Source: Roseovarius sp.
GTDB taxonomy: Bacteria; Pseudomonadota; Alphaproteobacteria; Rhodobacterales; Rhodobacteraceae
DNA length: 64,000 nt
Assembly: GCA_965656855.1 (NCBI GenBank)
Contig: CBFHML010000097.1
Coordinates: 31,250-95,249, forward strand
Reading direction: 5' to 3'
Both the position numbers and the translations under genes were made by a program. The notes beneath the pieces were generated by a model. It had not been told where the DNA came from, ran no database searches, and saw only the letters and a list, made by a program, of their open reading frames with translations. Below, piece by piece: positions 58,367-64,000 of the stretch (its first letter is position 1; every line of letters begins with the position of its first letter).

Positions 58367-60367
58367 ATGGCAGTGTTGTTGGGAGTGGATACAGGCGGGA
58401 CCTACACCGATGCTGTGCTGATCCGGGATGAACATGAGGTGATCGCCACCGCCAAGGCGCTTACCACGCGGCAGGATCTGGCGATTGGTATCGGGCAGGC
58501 TGTGCAGGCTGTGCTTCACGAGAGCGGTGTCACCCCGGCAGAGATCGGGCTTGCGTCTTTGTCGACGACACTGGCTACCAATGCGCTCGTTGAAGGGCAG
58601 GGTGGCCGCATCGGGCTGGTCTATATCGGTTTCAAAGAACGCGACCTCTCCAGCCATGGGTTGCAAGAGGCGCTCGGTTCTGATCCGGCTCTGACTCTGG
58701 AAGGTGGGCATAGCCATTCCGGGACTGAGGCGGCGCCGCTGAACGAGGCTGCACTTTCGGGTTGGTTAGAGACGATAGAGCCCGCGTCGGCCTATGCCGT
58801 CGCTGCGCAATTCGCCACGCGTAACCCGGAGCATGAACTGCGCGCCGCTCAGATGATCCGTGCTGCCACTGGCAGGCCGGTGTCTATGTCGCATGAGTTA
58901 TCGGCAAAGCTCAACGGACCCAAGCGGGCGCTGACCGCGCTCTTGAATGCGCGGCTGATCGGGATGATTGCTGCTCTGATTGCGCGGGCTGAACATACTC
59001 TTGTCAGCCTTGGTGTGACGGCGCCGCTCATGGTGGTGCGTGGGGATGGTGCGTTGATTTCGGCAAAACAGGCACGAAGTCGTCCAATAGAGACGATCCT
59101 GAGTGGCCCGGCCGCAAGCATTGTTGGCGCACGCTGGCTGACCGGCGCACAAGAGGCGCTGGTATCCGACATAGGTGGTACGACGACAGACATTGCCGTG
59201 TTGCGTGATGGCAAGCCCATGATTGACTCCGCTGGTGCGCGTGTCGGCCCGTGGCGTACCATGGTCGAGGCGGTCGCTATGCGCACGACTGGCCTTGGTG
59301 GGGATAGCGAAGTGCATGTGCAGGAGGCGGGATTGCAGGGTGGTGTGATATTGGGACCGCGCCGGGTGATCCCCGTCTCTCTTCTTGCGCAAGAGGCAGA
59401 GCAAGCCGTGCATGCCGCACTTGACGAACAGCTGCGGCGCGAGACGCCGCATGAACAGGATGGCATGTTCCTGCGCGCGGTTTCGGGTATTGATCAGGGT
59501 GGATTAGGCACAAAAGATACGGATCTTTTGACTCTGGTCAGTGATGGGGTACATCCGCTATCTCGCGTTCTGAGGGCAAGATCGGACCGTGCCGCGCTGC
59601 GCCGTCTGGTTGCGCGGGGGCTGGTTCAGGTAGCCGGGCCCACACCGTCTGACGCTGCGCATGTTCTGGGCCGGCTCGACAGTTGGGATGTGCAGGCCGC
59701 GGTCAAAGTCATGCAACTTTTGGGGCGGCGGCGTATCGGCACCGGTGGTCGGCTGTGCCCCAAGCCCGAAGACATGGCACAGATGATCGTCGATCAATTG
59801 ACGCATCAGACAAGTCTTGCCCTGCTTGAAACTGCTTTCGCCGAGGAAGATGATCCGTTCGCCCCGCCTCCGGCAGAGCTTGCCCGTCACGTCCTGATGC
59901 AGGCGGGCCTTGGTCCGCATCGCGGGCTTGTGCGTATCGATACTGGCCTGAATGTGCCGGTTGTCGGGCTGGGCGCGTCAGCGGCAAGCTATTATCCAGC
60001 GGTGGGCGACAGGCTGCGCTGCGAGATGATCCTGCCGCAACATGCAGGCGTTGCCAATGCGATCGGCGCTGTGGTAGGGCGTATCTCTGCGCGCAAAAGT
60101 GGCACGGTCACATGTCCGGCAGAGGGCACGTTTCGAGTTCACGCCCCGGATGGACCGCAAGATTTTGCAGATCCTGAGGTGGCGCTTGGCAGGCTTCGCG
60201 ACCTGCTGGAAGGTGGCGCGACCACCGCCGCAATTGAGGCGGGCGCAGGCGATATTCACCTGCACACAGAAGAAGACATCAAAACAGTGACTGTTGAGGC
60301 GCGAGAGGTGTTCATAGAGGCCCACTTGACGGTCGAAGCAAGCGGGCGCCCCCGCATAGCGGGCTAG
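58367..60367 (+). CDS. hydantoinase/oxoprolinase (HyuA-like) family protein
   Basis: ASKHA-fold start LGVDTGGTYTDAV, GGTTTD, and size about 666 aa. No HyuB-like partner is adjacent. Confidence 0.7.
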   Translation: MAVLLGVDTGGTYTDAVLIRDEHEVIATAKALTTRQDLAIGIGQAVQAVLHESGVTPAEIGLASLSTTLATNALVEGQGGRIGLVYIGFKERDLSSHGLQEALGSDPALTLEGGHSHSGTEAAPLNEAALSGWLETIEPASAYAVAAQFATRNPEHELRAAQMIRAATGRPVSMSHELSAKLNGPKRALTALLNARLIGMIAALIARAEHTLVSLGVTAPLMVVRGDGALISAKQARSRPIETILSGPAASIVGARWLTGAQEALVSDIGGTTTDIAVLRDGKPMIDSAGARVGPWRTMVEAVAMRTTGLGGDSEVHVQEAGLQGGVILGPRRVIPVSLLAQEAEQAVHAALDEQLRRETPHEQDGMFLRAVSGIDQGGLGTKDTDLLTLVSDGVHPLSRVLRARSDRAALRRLVARGLVQVAGPTPSDAAHVLGRLDSWDVQAAVKVMQLLGRRRIGTGGRLCPKPEDMAQMIVDQLTHQTSLALLETAFAEEDDPFAPPPAELARHVLMQAGLGPHRGLVRIDTGLNVPVVGLGASAASYYPAVGDRLRCEMILPQHAGVANAIGAVVGRISARKSGTVTCPAEGTFRVHAPDGPQDFADPEVALGRLRDLLEGGATTAAIEAGAGDIHLHTEEDIKTVTVEAREVFIEAHLTVEASGRPRIAG

Positions 60368-60379
60368 TCGGAATAGACC

Positions 60380-60898
60380 CTATTTCAGCAGCTTCTCAAT
60401 ATCGCCTGTGATCTGCCCGGACATTGGCCTGACAGGCGACCCATAGGTGCCTGCCACTCTGCCATCTGGGCTAACCAAGACCTTGTTGAAGTTCCACGAC
60501 GGTTCGAACCCGGCTTCTTTCAGGACGGATTGAAAGAAAGGATGTGCCTGTTGACCACGCACATGAGTGAGACCAGTCATCGGCATATCAAGACCATACT
60601 GCAATTCACAGAATTCCTTGATGGCCTCGTTGTTGGACAGTTCCTGTTTGAAATCGTCAGAGGGCACCGCCAAAACGACAAGCCCGCGGTCGCGATATGT
60701 ATCATAGAGCTCCTGCAGGGCGGAATATTGTTTGGTAAAGCCACACCGCGACGCTGTGTTGACGACCAAGACAGGCTGGCCGCGCCACTCTGACAGTTTG
60801 AGCGTCCCACCGTCGATATTCTCAAACGGTGCATCAAGATCAAGCGCGGCGGCTGGCAGGGCCAGAACGAAAGCAATAAGAGTAGCTATGAAACGCAT
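60380..60898 (-). CDS. glutathione peroxidase (Cys-type), secreted
   Basis: Signal peptide. Motifs VVNTASRCGFT, LAVPSDDF and WNF.K.LV. Confidence 0.85.
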   Translation of the reverse strand: MRFIATLIAFVLALPAAALDLDAPFENIDGGTLKLSEWRGQPVLVVNTASRCGFTKQYSALQELYDTYRDRGLVVLAVPSDDFKQELSNNEAIKEFCELQYGLDMPMTGLTHVRGQQAHPFFQSVLKEAGFEPSWNFNKVLVSPDGRVAGTYGSPVRPMSGQITGDIEKLLK

Positions 60899-60984
60899 AT
60901 GAGCCTCCGGTATATTTAAGAGTATACGTCGCCACGGCGGAACTGGATCAAGATGCGCCGTGCACAGGCAAAGGAGCTTCGACT

Positions 60985-61908
60985 ATGAGCCCGCTAAGAG
61001 GAATCGCGCTCAAGCTGGTGGCGGTGGTTCTCTTCATCGTCATGGCCTCGCTGATCAAGGCCGCGTCAGAACAGGTGCCGCCGGGGCAGGCGGTTTTCTT
61101 CCGGTCATTCTTTGCGCTGCCCGTCATTTTCGCATGGCTTGCTCTGCGCGGGGATTTGGGAACTGGTTTGCGTGTCACCTCGCGTATGGGGCATTTCTGG
61201 CGCGGGGTTGTTGGCACGACGGCGATGGGGTTGATGTTTGCAGGGCTTGGCCTGCTGCCCCTGCCCGAGGTCACAGCGCTTGGCTATGCGGCGCCATTGC
61301 TGGTGGTGGTGTTCGCGGCGATGTTTCTGGACGAAAAAGTGGGTCTGTTTCGCCTTGGGGCGGTCGCCTTGGGCTTGGTGGGGGTGCTGATCGTCCTCGC
61401 CCCGCGCCTGACCACGCTCAGCGAAGACACGGTTGAGGTGACCCAGGCCATAGGCGCTGTTTTGGTATTGCTGGGCGCTGTTTGTGCAGCGTTGGCGCAG
61501 ATATATATCCGCAAACTGGTTCAGACCGAACAGACAAGTGCGATCGTGTTCTATTTCTCGCTCACCTCAAGCCTGTTGAGCCTTTTGACGATACCATTCG
61601 GCTGGGTCATTCCGGGCGGAACAGAGACGATTTTTCTGATCCTTGCGGGCATTCTGGGCGGGACGGCGCAGATCTTCCTGACTTCCAGCTATCGCTTTGC
61701 CGATGCCAGCGTCGTGGCGCCGTTCGATTACGCCTCGATCCTCTTTGCCATCGTGATCGGCTATGTCTTTTTTGACGAGGTGCCGACGCAGCAGATGCTG
61801 ACTGGGGCGTCTCTAGTGATCCTTGCGGGGATCATCATTATTTTGCGGGAACGTCAGCTTGGTTTGCGACGCGGACATGCAAGGTCGGTCAAAACTCCGC
61901 AGGGTTAG
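60985..61908 (+). CDS. DMT superfamily (EamA-like) transporter
   Basis: About ten TM segments in a two-EamA-repeat architecture. Confidence 0.8.
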   Translation: MSPLRGIALKLVAVVLFIVMASLIKAASEQVPPGQAVFFRSFFALPVIFAWLALRGDLGTGLRVTSRMGHFWRGVVGTTAMGLMFAGLGLLPLPEVTALGYAAPLLVVVFAAMFLDEKVGLFRLGAVALGLVGVLIVLAPRLTTLSEDTVEVTQAIGAVLVLLGAVCAALAQIYIRKLVQTEQTSAIVFYFSLTSSLLSLLTIPFGWVIPGGTETIFLILAGILGGTAQIFLTSSYRFADASVVAPFDYASILFAIVIGYVFFDEVPTQQMLTGASLVILAGIIIILRERQLGLRRGHARSVKTPQG

Positions 61909-61912
61909 TGCC

Positions 61913-63238
61913 TCAGCGTCCCGTCAGCGCGGCAGCGGCATAGAGCGGGGCAAGCGTCGCGCGCCGGAACTGGCCCAAAGGAAACCGACCGGGAGGCGTT
62001 TTCATGGCTTTCGGATAGCGGCGGTTGGGCTGACGGCCAAGGGCCAGATCGGCAAGGACAGCCCCGGAATAAGAGGCCATAGCAACCCCGTTTCCATGAT
62101 AGGACATCCCGGCAAATGCCCCCGGCATGTGCGGGATCGGCCCGACATAGGGCGTCAGATTCGCGGCAAAGGACAAAAGGCCCGTCCAGCTGAATTCAGT
62201 CTCTACTTTTGCCCAATGCGGAAACATCCCGTCGAAATGGGCCCGCAGGCGGCGCGTCACCCTCGCATCGGCCGTGGTCGAGCTTTGCAATCCGCCGCGC
62301 ATGCCAAAGAGCATGCGCCGGTCCGGCATGAGGCGAAAGTAATGCAGGAAGATCCTGTCATCGAAACACATCTGGTCGCTGATCCAACCTTGTGCCGCGA
62401 TCTCTGCCTCAGTTAGGGGGCGCGTGACGATCACGTTGGACTGCACCGGAAGGTAGCGCCCTGACAGCCAATCTGGCAGATCGTCTGAGGAATACCCGTT
62501 GGTCGCCACGATTATCTTTTCGGCTGTGATGCGGCCAGTGGCAGTGTGAAGATGGTAACGCGTATCGCGCTCGATCCGCTCAACCGGAGTTTTTGCGTAT
62601 ATGTGTGCGCCAAGGCCTTGGGCCGCCTGCGCCATACCTATGGCATATTTCATCGGGTTAAGCGCAAAGCCAACAGGATTGGTCAATGCGCCGTAAAAGG
62701 GGCCATTCATCCCATTTTGAGCCAGATCAGAGCCTGATAGAATCTGGGAACTGACGCCAAGATCTGCCTCGATTTGGCGTGCCTGTGCCTCGAACCCGGC
62801 AAAGGCGCGGGGGCTATGGGCCAGCAGTGTTTCACCGTCTGAATGGATGTCGCAGGCGATGTCATGACTGTCGATCAGGTGGCGCGCGAACTGCACCGCG
62901 TCAGCCTCGGTGCGGCGCCACTCGCGGCGACCGTCCTCTCCAAAACGGCGGGCAAGGGTGCGGTCACTTGCCTTGGCCCCGCCGCAACAGCAAAATCCGC
63001 CATTACGCCCTGACGCGCCCCAACCGGGGTCCTGCGCCTCGACGAGAATCACATCCGCACCGCCTTGCGCCAGATGCAGAGCCGCCGAAAGACCGGTGAA
63101 CCCACCACCGATCACGACGACATCACAGCTTTGGTCGCCTTGCAAACTTGGCCAGTCTGGCTGCGTGACCGTCTGTGGCCAGAAGCACCGTTCGCGTGGA
63201 CCTTCGCCATAGGTGTAGGCGGGAAAGAGCCGTTTCAT
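61913..63238 (-). CDS. FAD-dependent oxidoreductase (DAO family, gamma-glutamylputrescine oxidase-like)
   Basis: Dinucleotide motif VVVIGGGFTGLSAAL. Overlaps the upstream polyamine permease stop. Confidence 0.8.
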   Translation of the reverse strand: MKRLFPAYTYGEGPRERCFWPQTVTQPDWPSLQGDQSCDVVVIGGGFTGLSAALHLAQGGADVILVEAQDPGWGASGRNGGFCCCGGAKASDRTLARRFGEDGRREWRRTEADAVQFARHLIDSHDIACDIHSDGETLLAHSPRAFAGFEAQARQIEADLGVSSQILSGSDLAQNGMNGPFYGALTNPVGFALNPMKYAIGMAQAAQGLGAHIYAKTPVERIERDTRYHLHTATGRITAEKIIVATNGYSSDDLPDWLSGRYLPVQSNVIVTRPLTEAEIAAQGWISDQMCFDDRIFLHYFRLMPDRRMLFGMRGGLQSSTTADARVTRRLRAHFDGMFPHWAKVETEFSWTGLLSFAANLTPYVGPIPHMPGAFAGMSYHGNGVAMASYSGAVLADLALGRQPNRRYPKAMKTPPGRFPLGQFRRATLAPLYAAAALTGR

Positions 63239-64000
63239 GCGCGTTTCGCTGCGTTTTCATCCGCGATCTGCCGTAGCATCGCCCGTTTGGAAATGAGGGA
63301 TGCCACGATCACGCCGACGGCCACGATACTGATCAGAATTGTCGACAATGCGTTGATCTCGGGGCTGACGCCCAGCCGGATCGATGACCAGACCTTGATC
63401 GGCAATGTGGTGGCTGATGGACCGGCGGCAAAGGACGCGATCACCAGATCATCCAGCGACAGCGTAAAGGCCAGCAACCATCCCGCAATGACCGACGGCG
63501 CGATAATGGGCAGGGTGACCAGCCTAAACGCCTGAAGCGGTGAACACCCCAGATCTAGCGCGGCTTCCTCCAGTGACCGATCAAAGCTCATTAGCCGTGC
63601 AGAGACGACCACAGATACGTAGCACATCGAAAAGGTCGTGTGCGCGAGGATGATCGTAAACAGACCCCGATCCAGCCCAATACCGATGAAAAGCAACAGC
63701 AACGAAAGGCCTGTGATGACTTCTGGCATGACCAGCGGCGCATAGATCATGCCGGAAAATAGCGTGCGGCCCAGAAAACGCCCTGCGCGGATCAGGACAA
63801 GCGCGGCCATGGTGCCCAATACCGTCGCTATCGTAGAGCTGATCACCGCGACCTGTAGTGTTACCCATGCCGCATCCAGATAGGCCTGATTGCTCAAAAG
63901 CTCGCCATACCACCTTGTCGAGAAACCGGCCCAGACCGTCACCAGTTTCGACTCGTTGAAACTGAAAATGATCAGCAACAGCATCGGCAGATAGAGGAAG
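63235..64000 (-). CDS. polyamine-type ABC transporter permease (PotC/PotI-like), 5' end outside window
   Basis: EAA loop EEAALDLGCSPLQAFRLVTLPIIAPS. The frame stays open to the window edge (..LPLYLPMLLLIIFSFN). Confidence 0.8.
   Translation of the reverse strand, partial: FLYLPMLLLIIFSFNESKLVTVWAGFSTRWYGELLSNQAYLDAAWVTLQVAVISSTIATVLGTMAALVLIRAGRFLGRTLFSGMIYAPLVMPEVITGLSLLLLFIGIGLDRGLFTIILAHTTFSMCYVSVVVSARLMSFDRSLEEAALDLGCSPLQAFRLVTLPIIAPSVIAGWLLAFTLSLDDLVIASFAAGPSATTLPIKVWSSIRLGVSPEINALSTILISIVAVGVIVASLISKRAMLRQIADENAAKRA

Noticed and set aside
60501-60511. T-loop-like GGTTCGAACCC motif.
   Set aside because: It lies inside the glutathione peroxidase coding sequence, and no cloverleaf can be drawn around it.
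1-64000. Scan for CRISPR arrays, IS elements or transposases, integrases, prophage genes and rRNA.
   Set aside because: I saw no spaced direct repeats, transposase or integrase-like ORFs, or rRNA signatures. The only foreign-looking DNA is the 18.47-20.13 kb cassette.

Overview
High-GC alphaproteobacterial chromosome segment (about 58-60% GC in hand-counted lines). Gene content and order look Rhodobacterales/roseobacter-like; that placement is inference. About 60 genes are callable and most are housekeeping: cca, an ABC exporter, a RumA-type RNA methyltransferase, two L,D-transpeptidases, hemH, comF-grxC-nit-marR, ubiG, pip, rimP-nusA-ylxR-infB, mutT-argJ-PPIase divergent from secA, radC, dnaK-dnaJ with a sigma-32-type promoter, alkB, an RNase D-like gene followed by lptC-lptA-lptB-hpf-ptsN (no rpoN), tRNA-Leu(CAG), uppP, gltD-gltB, mtgA, a GST, queG, a hydantoinase-like gene, gpx, a DMT transporter and polyamine-related genes. 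Two regions stand out. (i) 18.47-20.13 kb holds a two-gene minus-strand cassette wedged into the convergent infB/mutT junction. Its 346-aa ORF is about 37-40% GC and is translationally coupled (ATGA overlap) to a 101-aa upstream ORF. I cannot assign either protein to a family, and no mobility gene is present. This is my best candidate for an undescribed accessory or defence-like module. (ii) 33.2-43.2 kb is a surface-glycan locus: an orphan ABC-2 (KpsM-like) permease, cysQ, a decayed kdsB remnant, galU, galE, two tandem paralogous GT-A glycosyltransferases, a GT14/Branch-like enzyme and a two-domain sulfotransferase. That content suggests a sulfated polysaccharide. I found no CRISPR array, IS element, integrase or rRNA. 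Many long antisense shadow ORFs in the ORF track were rejected. All family assignments rest on motifs read by eye from the translations, with no database search.
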